NCBI GenBank assembly: GCA_965235115.1
Contig: OZ249440.1
Span: 7,316,001-7,380,000, forward strand
Reading direction: 5' to 3'
Length of the DNA stretch: 64,000 bases
Source of the DNA: Laetmonice hystrix
Lineage: Eukaryota
Shown here: one piece after another, positions 37,651 to 51,808 of the stretch
How the letters are laid out: each line of letters opens with the position of its first letter
How positions within the stretch are numbered: position 1 is the stretch's first letter
The notes under the pieces: model-generated
What the model was told of the DNA's origin: nothing
Seen by the model: the letters and a program-made list of their open reading frames with translations, nothing else
The model's database searches: none
Position numbers and translations under genes: made by a program

Positions 37651-40600
37651 TCTTACCTGCTTCACACGTACACTAAACTTCTACTTTATCTTTAATATAG
37701 TCCCTGAAAGCAAGAGTGTGATTTATTGGTGCGGCCAACAACGATTTGAAGGTCTCTGTAGAAAATGATGTGTTAATTGGCAGTTTTTCGGGATATGTCT
37801 TGATCTGACCCTGTACTGTGATTAACCCATCGCCATACATACACCAGCCGAGGACTAAAGGGTCTTCAGTACTTTAAACATCTCTTCCTGCACCCCGACC
37901 ATCGCCTGATGAACCATGTGCGTCGGTTCAGGCCAGTGACAGTCGACAGCGTGCACCACATACAACATACAAGACTTCAATGGATCCCAAGGTCACCTCT
38001 CCTCCGTCCTCTCAAGGTCAGCGGCCATCAAAGTTCGTCTGAGTAGAGAAGGATTCGTGAGGTGGGACAGAGGAAAGTTGATTCCTGATCGTGTGGTAAC
38101 AAAATGTTTGGACTTTGAATGGATCCTCGGCGGCTGACAGCATCGATGGCGGCTGATAACTTTGATAGTCCATGTCCACGAGCACTGCACCGACAACTCG
38201 GGATGTTTTTTTTAATTTTGTTAGCACACATTTTTAGCATATAAAAAGGATTGTCAAGACGTTAGCCAAGAACATCAGTTCTGTGACTCCATGCCCGAGG
38301 TGATCGATTTTTAGACTCATCCTATTGGTGACTGATGACATTTGTTGAAATTTATTTGAAATGTATTTTTGTTATGGAAGAGGGCAGCACTGTTGCGTAG
38401 TGGCTTACAGACTGTGTAAACATGTCAAGAAATCTGGTGAATTGTTTGTGATGACGATTAAGTGATGTCAGTATTATTTCTTTAAAGATATTAAAATTAT
38501 GCGCAATCAATGCTAGCATTTGAGTAGTGGAAAACTCACTTAGAACACAGGCAGCATCGTAACTTGCACCATGTGAAACGCCACTTGATGGTTCTACATG
38601 GACGAATGATCAGTTATTCCAAACGTACGGAAACATTTCATGTCCTCACTATACCAATCGAGGCAAAGATAAGCGAAAAGTACTCTTTTACCCAGTAATT
38701 CCTTTTTTCTAGTCATGTTAATGATGGACCTAGCGCTAGGCTTATATTTACCCATAACACCCACTTTATGTCAGCCTTACATTTCTCTCTGACAATGATC
38801 CATAAGTTTGGCCCTGGTGATTGGTAGACTAACATGAACTTGCTCTTATTCCAAAAAAATTGCATGGGTGAAAAAAGCCGTCATCTGTCAGTTCGGCTGA
38901 AGATGCCCTCATTGAAGGTCATTAAGTTATTTTTCCTCAAGTGTCGGTTGAGCCAACTGCGTGGTAAATACTAGACAATATGTCTACTCCAGCCCAGAAC
39001 CAGACAGCCGACTGACCAACTCGTGTCTACACAGGGAGAAGCTGGTCCAACCCAGCGCCACCAACAAAAAATAAATGGCAGTTGAGAGAGAGTTATCAGT
39101 GTAGACCGCCAAATTAATGAGAACTCTGGGGTACCGGCCGTATGGTCTGCGGCTGCTGAAGTTGGTACACTAGCCATTCTCCACCAAACTATCTGGGTTA
39201 TAGTATTACCCATACTGGCAGCATACACGTATAACTTGTCCAGATTTGCGTGAAAAAAATTGTAGTAGTTCTCTAGTATAGCGCCATTAGCAGACCACTA
39301 TACTGGGGTGTAAATTACGAAAATAATGTTATAAAGTGAAAATTATAAATTTGTGGGTATAAAAATGTTGACCTATCAATACATCTGTGCAGTACGTTCG
39401 TCCATTACCAAAGTATTTTATGATCTGTAAATTCTAGCCCCATTTATACAGGACCACAATAGATCTACTGAACACACATCAGGATGTAAACTGGCCATTT
39501 TTCGTCCAATCTCCCACACACCAAAGGGACTCTCGTGTAAACAGTTCCAACCGTTAATGGGTTGATACCGTACGATACAAAAAAACAACGTATCTACTCC
39601 GTTCTGTCTGTGGGACCACTTGTCCTCACTGGAGCAAATAATCCAATGGTGAAACCATAGCAACTGAAGAGACCATGGTAAATAATGGTCCGGACGGCAA
39701 AAGCAAAGCAGGAGCCAGAAATCTGCAACAAAAGCTTCCTTTAGAGGAGAAAATCAGGAAGAAAAGGGGTCCACTTAAGCAGACAAAGGTTATTGTAGAG
39801 TTTTTACAAACAATGTTGACCATGAATGACCTGACCCATGGTTGCCAAGGTCAAACAAAGGTCGAAATGACCAGGAGAAAAAAGCCGGTTTCAACTGCTC
39901 GGCAGGTGACGGAGGACCGCTTTGTGTTAAAGGTTAAAACATCGATCAACACGAGTAGGTAACCAATCACACAGAAAACTTTCTCTCGATACACAGTACT
40001 CACACCCGACTGTAACATTTCTCGACTACACTTGAGGCATCCCGGATCTATCACCGAATAACTACCACCTTTATTTCTTTATAATCAAGCCTGTAATTAT
40101 CATTGTCTTGAAAGAATCGTAACAATGGAATCCTCCTATCAAATTAGCTTTCCTCAAACGAGCTTTGACCCAATTACTGCTGAAACGGGCTCTATATCAC
40201 CGGCCAACCCCCCCCCCCCCCCCCCCCGTGTTACGCGTGACTTTCAGTCATTACACGTGGTACATGGTGTATATCGTTTACCGAGAACCCACTCACCACC
40301 GGGAACGAGTTCGCTTTACGTGTAACTATACTGTAAGGAACACCTCACCGTTCATGGGTTGAGAGCTCGTTAATGACTACAATTATAACGAATTCCTGTA
40401 TTCCTGGGATGATTATAACAAATAGTCTACTCCAAGGTCAGACACCTGTAGTCCTGTGCCAACCCAATACCGACTCCATGGCCTGCCACCTGGAAGGTCA
40501 TCATCCCCGGTTATGGGTGCTGCTTCCATTCAACCCCTTTCCTAGAAGACCCCCACACCTTCCAGGCTTTCTAACATACCTAACGAGCAGGTGGCCTGAC

Positions 40601-43600
40601 AGGCTGTTGTACTCCACAAAAGGTTGAGAATAAATCCAAGATGAGAGGCGTGATGTTCAGAATTGATTCGGGTCGGGCACATGAGAGGGAGAGGTGGCGA
40701 TACATCATGGCGGCCTCACGTCATTAAAGGAATGGCACCTAGGGGGCAGCACGGTCTGCTGACACCAGCATGACCTCGCGAGACAGGGGCAGAAATCCTG
40801 TGATATCAGAAGGAAATCTCGATTATATTCAGGTTTAGAAAATTCTGTATTCTTCACGATAAACGTAACAGGTCTCTTACATATTCAAATGAAACATTAT
40901 CCCCACAAAGATTCGGCAGGACACCTTTGAGAATAGGCAAAATGTGCCTGTGGTAAATCCTGAGCGACAGCTGGTTTTAGGGCGTACTGTCTCAACTAAA
41001 AATGAAAAGGCTACTTGCATATGTCGTTATCTCAAGAACTGTGGTTCAAAGGCAATTAAATAAGGCTTTAATATATACGAACCAATAATGGCTGAATAAT
41101 TATCTTATTTTGTCGAAATTCAAGTTAATTATTCCAAGGTGCGCAGCCCCAATCATCATAACCCGCTATGAGTACAGTAATCCCCTACTTTACAAAGAGT
41201 TTCTTTTGAAGGACATCAAGGCACCTGAGTCAACGTGACATGCATTTAAATGAACGTATAGTACGTTCAAAAGATGGCTTGACTGTTCTCTGTTCATAAT
41301 GCACAGACTGCGCATTAGATTGTTAGATGTATATTTATATTTGATACCTAGATAGTGACTGTACATAATGTAGCATTTGGCTGTTTGAAGTATGTTTTGT
41401 CTTTTTGAATCCGGTGCCTTTAATGACTATAAGACCGGTCCTGATTACCCGCCCGCCAATGAACAACCTGAATAGAAAGATATACTTATTTGTTTACTGA
41501 TTGTTTTGCGCTTTAGAAGGTGATAATTAGATTACAAAGCCAGTGATTCGCCTTAATTATTACTGGTTGATAGATACAACATAGCAGCATATAATGTTTG
41601 AAACTTGTACTTGGCTTAAAAAGGCTAGTGCGGAATAAAAATAGCTAAATTCTATAAAGTACACTGGCTTAAACATACGAATGTTCATCTGCAGCGTTTT
41701 TAGATAAAAACATCAAAATATATTTAGTCCTAGATCTAAGTCAGTACATTCCTCCTGTTCTTGACCTGTCCCATCCACAGAGCTGTTGTCAAATTATGTA
41801 CATAAGTTGTGCCCCACCCATTACAAATGTTGTTCATTGGTTGCTGCTAAGTAGGTGCGATATAGTGTGATGAGAGTATCCTCTGTAAAACATAACCTAT
41901 TTTTTCTAATTATTTATGGTCTCAATCGTGTAACACTGTGTGGATTGCAGAGAGTGCCAAACGCGTAGACTATTGTACAGCAGTGTATACAGGTTTAATT
42001 CAATATGAAATAAAAGATGTTCATTCAACAAAACCAAACATATTTTTAATCAATTTGTCGTTTTCTACTTCTTTAAAGGGATGGAAAACACACACGGCAA
42101 ATAAGGTTTCGTAGACCAAATGAAACACCAGCATTTACCCCAGGGCAATAAATGCCACAATTACGTTGTCTGAATGAAGCGATTAACGTGTAACAACTGC
42201 CCGTTGTGTGACGCCGCTGGTTCTAACCTTGCTCTGCTTATGTGTTCATCACCTCGGACGTGTACAAACGTTGGAACTCCAAACATCGTGTAGACAAGGT
42301 CTGTGAGCGGAGTAACACGTAATGTACGCAATATGCCGTGGTGTGCAGCATTCGGCTCTGATGAACACACAAGCAGGTCAAGGTCAGAACCAGCGGCGTC
42401 ACACATCGGCCAGTAACACGTTAATTATTTCATTCAGGCAACGTAATTGTGGCATTTATTGCCCTGAGGTAAATGCTGGTGTTCCATTTGGTCTACGAAA
42501 CCTTATTTGCCGTCTGTGTTTACCCTCCCTTTAAGAACCAAGAAAAGAGCGATTTCGTCTTGACGTACTGTGCACCCACTTAAGGATGGGGAGAGCATTT
42601 TCTTTAGTTCATAAAAAATCCTTTTCTACGACCGCCTTAATTACCCTCACCTCCAACACAGACCCAACTTGCGACCAAACCAGCTTGTGTTCCATCTAAA
42701 CTAACCTGCTGGGGCAGATTCCGCAATATCGTCAAAATTACAGGGTTGTGGCATAAAACGATGAATCATCTGGGATATTCATGAGAATCCGCCCTCCGGT
42801 AAGGAGAAATGTACGTATTGGGGTAATTACCCATGCCCCTTCCCTCTCTTTGGACAACTCTGGTTTCCAAGTCTTTGTATGGTAGACATCAACCACGAAT
42901 CAAAAGACTTTTTGCGCTAAATTCCATGCCATTCCCTAATTACTTTCTTTATCATATAAATTTTGTAAATCTATAAACTTGAAATGAACCCAGATACTTT
43001 TCATTTTAGGCACAGCTCAAGTTAGTAGCCACATCTCACCGGGTAATAAAGCAGGGAATGACCGGGAAGTACACAAGACATTTAGGAACCTGAACCGTTT
43101 TCCGGCTCTATTCAATCGCCTGTGCATAGCGGGACCTTCACACACACGTACATGTATATGCATATGTTTGCATATGTTAAGTATGATAAAATTCACAGCC
43201 GTGCTTCACCTCAAACGTTACTGTCCCTCTCACAACCAACCAATTAAACATGTCACTCTCGGTCGTTATGTTCTAGCAGCTATTGTAAAACAGCATGTAT
43301 AGTCTTTCAGCTAACACCTGCATGCCCACCCCCACAGACAATGGGCCCGGTAAAAACCCCACACTTCCAGGCCACAGGACAATCATCTGACTTTCTGTGG
43401 GAGAATGCATGCCATGAGGCAGCGCCTCATGAGGATACAGCCTCACTGGATATTTCTCTCTCTCTCGCTACCTGTTACCAACCGGTGACATGCTCAATGA
43501 ACTGAGGCAGGATTTGGTTCTGCATGTCTGACAGGAAAGGCACGTAATAAGTATCAGTATCATGTTCGTTCATGTTGAAAAGCTTCAACGCCTGATCACA

Positions 43601-46600
43601 TCCTTTCAAAAATCATGTCATTTCTTTAGAGCAAAAAAATAATAAAAAATTAAAAGAGTGAGGAAATTTCGCCAAGGCACTAGAGCATGATAAACACTTC
43701 CATGACGACAACTGAGCAGTAGTAGACGAAAATACGACATGAAATAATCACAACAACATCGAAAAACCGCGACCGGGACAACAGTAAGAGACATGTGCCA
43801 GTACGAGAACATCTGACATTGTCATGTTCTAGAACTGTACAGACTGGAAACCTATCCCCCAAAAAACCATCGCCTACTAGAAAATAGTTCTTCATCCTCC
43901 TCCTCCTGGTCGTTCTGCACTAGATATACGACATCATTCCTCGTGACGATTACAGAGTCGACAGTCCTTTTATGTTTTTCCTGTCCTTAAAAGGCACAGA
44001 TATTTCATGGAGATAAAGAAAATTATACCTCGCTTAACTAACCATTGAAGGAAAGTTCTGACAATTACTTACATCACCTCTTGATACTTTTTTTTAGTCG
44101 GCACTGATTCCAACTGGAAGACATGGCGGCGAACATTCTAAAAATAACTAACAGCGGCATTTTATTTCTGAAAACTTCTATGCATGACTTGAGAATCACC
44201 AAAAGGCCTCCTCTGTAAAATCTTGCCATAGGTAATATTTCTGAAGAGAATGGCGACTAGATCCCGACAGCAGGCTGAAGTATTGTAGTGAGGGTTTACT
44301 CCGACCTGAGCTAGCCGACGAGACCGGACCGACTTTTGTGTCCATGGTACTCCGTGTCCGCCTGACGTCCATGGTTACCTGTTTGGTAACATGACCGCCA
44401 ATCCCCGGCCATTAACGACAAAGGCCAACAACAAAGGTTAGAGAGGCGAGCATTACGGATTTGTGGCCGCCTGCGGGAAGCCGAACCGATACACGACGCA
44501 CAAAGCCGAGTGGTCATCGAGTGGCGGCGGATGAGCAGAGGGTTCCTGCGGGCGCGGCCAGGTGGCGCTGCGACCCTTGGTCCTCGGCTCAGCTCGGGAA
44601 CGGTTGGAGGTCAGGGCCCTTCGTGCTCCCGGCGTGACCACGGTACGTCTGGACACTCGACATGCAACGTCCTTTTGTGGGCCGCCCTTTGTGGACGTCC
44701 TCTGTGGGATGTCAGTGTTTGTGACATCTCCCGGCTGTTCGTGTCACCCTGGCCGGGGGTGGGGTGAAGTGGCCATCATATGCTGGGGAGGAGAAAGGGG
44801 TGCGGTCTGACACCCTTGCACAGTTGGCCGCAAGGGTTGGAGCTCCAAGGTAACACCTTGTCCAGCTGCAGGTCCCAGGGGACACAACAGTCCATGTTAT
44901 GACCCAGGGGACACATTACCCCACTGTATGTCCCTGGGGATTCATTGCCGTAGCATATGTTATTGGAATCTCAGCGCTTGCTATTTCAACCGTTCACAGA
45001 TTTCTCCATGCAGAAACAAAACACTTTTTTTTATGGAGCATCATAGCCCTCCAAATGCCGGATCCAGATATATTGAATCCCATCCCGATTTGGTTGGCCC
45101 CAGGGCCCGTTTTTAACAAATATTTGTTCTTTTTTTTTGTTCATTTTTTACTTTTCCACCCTGAGCAAGGGTGAGCCGAGCTGAAACAAGGTGAGGTGCT
45201 GAGGATGAGCAAGAGCCTTTCAGTCAGTAAGAAAAACCTGTCAGTACATCTCAGTTCAGCTCAAGGTAAGCGGTGAACAAGAAAACCGGGCCCAGGAATC
45301 AGCTGTCTGACAATACAGCACTCAGCAACCATGAGGGTAGATTCAAACCCTTCCATCCTTATGTGACCTCTCCCCTACCCCCTCAGGTGATGACATCTGT
45401 CCAACTGACGGCTGTCCACTCCCCGAACTCTGTCCACCCGGATAAACAAACCGTAACTTTCCCACGGTAAGTTACAGATCGAAGTATGTGGTTCCATGGA
45501 CACATTTTAGCGTCATACCTTTATAGGGTTCCTGTAAACGCTATAGATGTTTCAATCCTACATGGTAATCTCTGTTTAAAAGAAGAATCGTCAGATCCTA
45601 GAATTGATAAATATTCCACTTCGTTTTGTAAAGGGTTGTGTTTGGTCTGCCTGGGTCTGGGTAATCAATTAAAGCAGGCGGCGAGGGACGTGAAAGCGAA
45701 TCCTATCATTATAACGTCAAACCCTGATGATAAGTTAGACGTGACGTACTACAACAGTGGGCGTGGATCCCGGGTGTCGCCAATGACAACCCGACACGTC
45801 AACGCCTTCTCCTGACGTCACGAATCCCCTGACACTGGCGACCCTCCCTGTGGGCAGATATATACAATATGATATATTGATACCACCACGTGACGGGTTC
45901 CCACCCTACCCAACCACTGCTGTCCCCAACACCACCCCATCATCAGGCGAACCCCTGTGACGACTAATTCTACCCCACGACTGGTCAAAAGTTATGATGA
46001 CCGCGGGAACGACTCATTCAACTGGTCAAAAGTTATGATGACCCCTGAAACAGGTCGATGACCGCAGGAGCAGGTGGTAGGTTCCCAGGGTCGGCCTACA
46101 CTGAACGGTAGTACCCCAGCCAGGGCTAGTCGGATCAACCTTTTTTTAGGGGAGGGGAGTGCTTTATTACGATTCATTCAGGCTTACGAATATCTACTGG
46201 AAGTGGCACTCGAGAAGATCTATGAGAAGATCTTTTTAGAAACGTTTTTTGCTGAGTGTTTCCCTGGATGACGTGGCGTGCCATGACTACACCAATACCA
46301 GTAAACTCCTTCGGTGTTGCACCATGGTGCACACGACAACGGTCACAGTCGGCCTCATGCAAACTTTGGTCTATCAACAACAACAGCATTCCTACTTTTT
46401 GTTGTTTTCAGTAAAAACCTGTTGTCGCTTTCAGTCCTGAGACTCTGTGGGGGAAGAAGGTCGTCTAGTACACGGCTTCCGATATAATCAAACCTGTCTC
46501 TATAGTCTGATTTACGTCTACTTTATATCTTCGTCTCTGAAAGCCGATAATACACACGTCTGGCTGTAATAAAACATTCGGTTCAATCTTATCTGACGGA

Positions 46601-47226
46601 GTGTATCTCCTACTGGTGTGAGAACACTGGGAGGACAACAAATTGATATTTCTGAACGTCTTAATAATCAATCAGGCACAGAATGATCAAGTTAGGTCAA
46701 GACAGAAACCATACGGCGTGTGACATAGCCTCACCTTGTTCTGACCCAATGTGTTTGTCTCGGTTTGAACTGTGTTCTGGTGTGTTTTAAAGAAATTATC
46801 CCATTGTCAAAATTGAGAATATGGCGAGGAAAACCAGCAGGAGGTCTTGTCATAGCCATACCTTTACTCCGGGGGTCAGACATAAGTGTTTAGGAGGGTG
46901 GGTCGGTTGATTGTGTCGAGTGGGCAGGCGGCCTCACTGGGGCAGTGGGCGGTGGTCACCTATTGTTGTCCGTCAAGTGGTCACCCCTTGTGACTGCAGA
47001 CAGTGACCGGCTCAGGTTTCCCAGGCCCGAGTTTGTGTCACCCTAGGACGACACGACACGACAGCCCGTTTTTTTTTATTATAACCGAGGTGGTGTTTTC
47101 CCCCTCGTCGTCCCAACCTCAGACAGGGTGAAGGTGATTAACTTTTACCCCCCTAGCAGGAGGGTTGATGATTGTAGGGTTGGTAGTATCCTGCCCCTGT
47201 TTACAGCGCCTCCCCTTGCAATGGTC

Positions 47227-47291
47227 CAGGGACCAGTGCGTTAAAACTTTTAACGCTTTTAAGATCTTAAGTTTTTACGAACGGGGCCCAG
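47227..47291. mobile_element. Third, more decayed short copy of the GGGCCCAGTTCGTAAAAAC MITE family
   Basis: Right end AGATCTTAAGTTTTTACGAACGGGGCCCAG; degenerate left end CAGGGACCAGTGCGTTAAAACT. Confidence 0.6.
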
Positions 47292-47448
47292 AGCAAGGGG
47301 CTGATCACTATGGCAGAGTTCCAGCTACCGATCACCATTGTTGCCAATTTAGAAAAGAAATATTGAATTGGCAACTAGGGCCTTGCAGTTGGCGAAAGGT
47401 TTGGCGCCCAGTTTTAATTTGTTCATCATCTAATCTCATTTTCACACG

Positions 47449-47927
47449 GAGGTAGCTACTACTGTCCTGTAGCCCACAGATGTGTCTATCTATGCACTGA
47501 GGTAGCTACTATTGTCCTGTAGCCCACAGATGTGTCTATCTATGCACTGAGGTAGCTACTACTGTCCTGTAGCCCACATGTGTCTATCTATGCACTGAGG
47601 TAGCTACTACTGTCCTGTAGCCCACAGATGTGTCTATCTATGCACTGAGGTAGCTACTATTGTCCTGTAGCCCACAGATCTGTCTATCTATGCACTGAGG
47701 TAGCTACTATTGTCCTGTAGCCCACAGATGTGTCTATCTATGCACTGAGGTAGCTACTACTGTCCTGTAGCCCACAGATGTGTCTATCTATGCACTGAGG
47801 TAGCTACTATTGTCCTGTAGCCCACAGATGTGTCTATCTATGCACTGAGGTAGCTACTACTGTCCTGTAGCCCACAGATGTGTCTATCTATGCACTGAGG
47901 TAGCTAATATTGTCCTGTAGCCCACAC
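47449..47927. repeat. Minisatellite, 50-bp unit, about 9.6 copies
   Basis: Unit GAGGTAGCTACTA(C/T)TGTCCTGTAGCCCACAGATGTGTCTATCTATGCACT; the third unit has a 2-nt deletion. Confidence 0.96.
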
Positions 47928-49903
47928 ATACCTGCCTATCCTCGATATCCAGGAAGAAGTTACTAGAATTAATACAGATATTGACAGAAGATACGAAAGT
48001 GTGTGACTGCATTTAAATAGAAAATAAACCTTCATATTTCATGGCTACATTCTTTTCAATTTGGCTCGGGGGGGGGGGGGGGTGGCATTTGGCGACAAAT
48101 ATGGCTCAAAAAAAGCCCCAAACCAACCCTAACCTCTGACCTCGAGCCCCAGACCTTCCTCCAGAGAGTACCCCACCCCAACCCCTGCCCCTAACACTAC
48201 CCCCCTACCCATATCTCGAGGGAGTGCTACCATAACGGAATCTCTGAACGTGGGGCGCTGGCATGCCCGGGTTCCGCAGGTACCAGGGAACATGACAGAA
48301 TAGGGTAAGGTATGCAGAACTCAGGTGGAAAGCTTCCAGCCTCTCACTACTGAATGGTAGACAGTGCTTTATAGCTTTTCTCACGGGTGGTACACTGCTG
48401 ATAAAATACAAGTACCTATTCCCCCACGTTACAAATAGACCATCTTCCAGTCAGTGAACGGACCGTGAGTGTAGAGTACCTGTCAGACTTCTCACTATGC
48501 TGTATTCTCCCCCCACCTGCGGTCACACGCCAGGATTCATGAATGAATCACAGTTTTTGACGGGTAAGTGCGGGGAAAACTACCACACATACTTCAGGTA
48601 CCCAGAGCCTATACAGCTACGGAATCCACTGGTCTTCTGATACGCAGCTGTGTGGGTGGGGTTGGGGAGGTGTGCCTATACGTAAGTCCTCGGTTCACCG
48701 GAGATATAATCATTTCCACTACTCTGGTCCATAACCGGGATACGCTAGGGCCAATGGTGAAAGTAAAGACTTAGACGAATCCTGGTTCACTCTCTCTTCA
48801 ACCACTGATGTTCTACACAGACATACCTATCTAAGTTATATAATGCTAATCTCACACTCGTCTATCACACAGGCGTCACACTCGTCAATAACACAGATAT
48901 TACATACTATCATATCATAACGACAGAACTAAGTTCAGATTTGAGCGTCAGGAGGTCAGACTTTCCTGCAGAATTTCACCGGGGGAGTGGGGGGGGGGGG
49001 GGGGGGACTGGAGTGGAAGCACTTTTGGCGCAATGCCTACGGGTAGGCTTTTTCGACAAAATAAAGACACAAAACGGGGGAATTAACTGATTTTTTGCTC
49101 CCCCCCCCCCCCGGCCACAAAAAAAGAAATAGAAAGGACCCTTCGGAATTGCTTTGGTTTTCCATGATCAAGCGAGTCGAGCTGGTGTTGGCCGTTCAAG
49201 GCGGACTTTACTATGATAACTCCCGTCCAGCCGGCACCACGCCACCTTGTCTGCCCTCATATTGTACATACACGCCCCCTGGTGCCAAGTTCCTTCATTC
49301 CGTTCATCATCGTCAGTAAAAACTCAGGTACTCGGGGCTCATCTGTGGGCCTCAATCAGCCGGCCCATACCTTGGGTAAGATTAACGAGAAAACAGCTAC
49401 GTCTCTGGGTTCTACCGTGAACACCTTTATCATAAATATTACAGGTGAGATAAGGTAAGCCGGCTGGCTGTCCGTTTTCTCCGTGAACTCAAGCGATGAT
49501 GGATAATAAGGTACTGTGGAGCGGTTTTAGCCAGTCAGGGTATGCCCTCTGTAGTGTACGTAGTTGTGGAGTGGATACGTAGTAAACGCTAGATTTAAGA
49601 GCCTCTGGCAGGGCCCGCCACAACTTTTCCGATGTGTAAAGGGCTCAGTGGTACACTGAGGAAGGATATTTCACCGTTCAAAAGTTGTTTCTATTCCAAT
49701 AAAATCTTATCTTTTAGAATGAGTCAAAGCATCACCAGAAATTACCCTCCCGGAAACTGCACACATCATGCAATGTTTCCCTCTGGTACAGGCCTGACTT
49801 ATTACCTCGTCCAGTCATAAAGTCCAATAACCCGGTTAGGTTCGTGTAAATGACCTCGACATGCTCCGGTCCATTTCCCACTTTGGTCATTCTGGACTCC
49901 GTT

Positions 49904-51808
49904 CAGAACATCATGGCTGCATACAGCTCAAACAATGATTGCCAGAACATCATGGCTGCATACAGCTCAAACACTGACTGCCAGAACATCATGGCTGCAT
50001 ACAGCTCAAATACTGACTGCCAGGACATCATGGCTGCATACAGCTCAAACAATGATTGCCAGAACATCATGGCTGCATACAGCTCAAACAATGACTGCCA
50101 GAACATCATGGCTGCATACAGCTCAAACAATGACTTCCAGAACATCATGGCTGCATACAGCTCAAACACTGACTGCCAGAACATCATGGCTGCATACAGC
50201 TCAAACACTGACTGCCAGAACATCATGGCTGCATACAGCTCAAACAATGACTGCCAGAACATCATGGCTGCATACAGCTCAAACAATGACTGCCAGAACA
50301 TCATGGCTGCATACAGCTCAAACAATGACTGCCAGAACATCATGGCTGCATACAGCTCAAACAATGACTGCCAGAACATTATAGCTGCATACAGCTCAAA
50401 CAATGACTGCCAGAACATCATGGCTGCATACAGCTCAAACAATGACTGCCAGAACATCATGGCTGCATACAGCTCAAACAATGACTGCCAGAACATTATA
50501 GCTGCATACAGCTCAAACAATGACTGCCAGAACATCATGGCTGCATACAGCTCAAACAATGACTGCCAGAACATCATGGCTGCATCCAGCCCAAACAATG
50601 ACTGCCAGAACATCATGGCTGCATACAGCTCAAACAATGATTGCCAGAACATTATAGCTGCATCCAGCTCAAACAATGACTGCCAGAACATCATGGCTGC
50701 ATACAGCTCAAACAATGATTGCCAGAACATCATGGCTGCATACAGCTCAAACAATGATTGCCAGAACATCATGGCTGCATACAGCTCAAGAAATGACTGC
50801 CAGAACATCATGGCTGCATACAGCTCAAACACTGACTGCCTGGACATCATGGCTGCATACAGCTCAAACACTGACTGCCAGGACATCATGGCTGCATACA
50901 GCTCAAACACTGACTGCCTGGACATCATGGCTGCATACAGCTCAAACAATGACTTCTAGAACATCATGGCTGCATACAGCTCAAACAATGACTGCCAGAA
51001 CATCATGGCTGCCTACAGCTCAAACAATGACTTCCAGAACATCATGGCTGCATACAGCTCAAACAATGATTGCCAGAACATCATGGCTGCATACAGCTCA
51101 AACAATGACTGCCAGAACATCATGGCTGCATACAGCTCAAACAATGACTGCCAGAACATCATGGCTGCATACAGCTCAAACACTGACTGCCTGGACATCA
51201 TGGCTGCAAACAGCTCAAACAATGATTGCCAGAACATCATGGCTGCATACAGCTCAAACAATGACTGCCAGAACATCATGGCTGCATACAGCTCAAACAC
51301 TGACTGCCTGGACATCATGGCTGCAAACAGCTCAAACAATGATTGCCAGAACATCATGGCTGCATACAGCTCAAACAATGACTGCCAGAACATCATGGCT
51401 GCATACAGCTCAAACAATGACTGCCAGAACATCATGGCTGCATACAGCTCAAACACTGACTGCCTGGACATCATGGCTGCAAACAGCTCAAACAATGATT
51501 GCCAGAACATCATGGCTGCATACAGCTCAAACAATGACTTCCAGAACATCATGGCTGCATACAGCTCAAACAATGACTTCCAGAACATCATGGCTGCATA
51601 CAGCTCAAACAATGACTGCCAGAACATCATGGCTGCAAACAGCTCAAACAATGACTGCCAGAACATCATGGCTGCATACAGCTCAAACAATGACTGCCAG
51701 AACATCATGGCTGCATACAGCTCAAAAAATGACTGCCAGAACATCATGGCTGCATACAGCTCAAACAATGACTGCCAGAACATCATGGTTGCATACAGCA
51801 ATGACTGC
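49904..51808. repeat. Minisatellite, 39-bp unit, 49 copies
   Basis: Unit CAGAACATCATGGCTGCATACAGCTCAAACAATGACTGC. No indels in 48 units (unit 49 starts at 51776 and lacks 6 nt). Unit 28 starts with TAG, breaking the QNIMAAYSSNNDC frame. Confidence 0.97.

Noticed and set aside
44411-44470. QRLERRALRIC peptide resembling a LINE post-RT motif
   Set aside because: Only about 10 residues are similar and the flanking sequence shows no RT motifs.
43852-46859. Hypothetical two-exon minus-strand gene (46859-46735 joined to 43985-43852)
   Set aside because: The phases fit but the peptide resembles nothing I recognise, and such joins occur by chance in kilobases of sequence.
47932-47962. 31-nt minus-strand AG/GT-bounded micro-exon (NFFLDIEDRQ) beside the 50-bp array
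   Set aside because: It fits the open ANAPC4 phase but shows no similarity to the expected APC4 sequence; too short to support.
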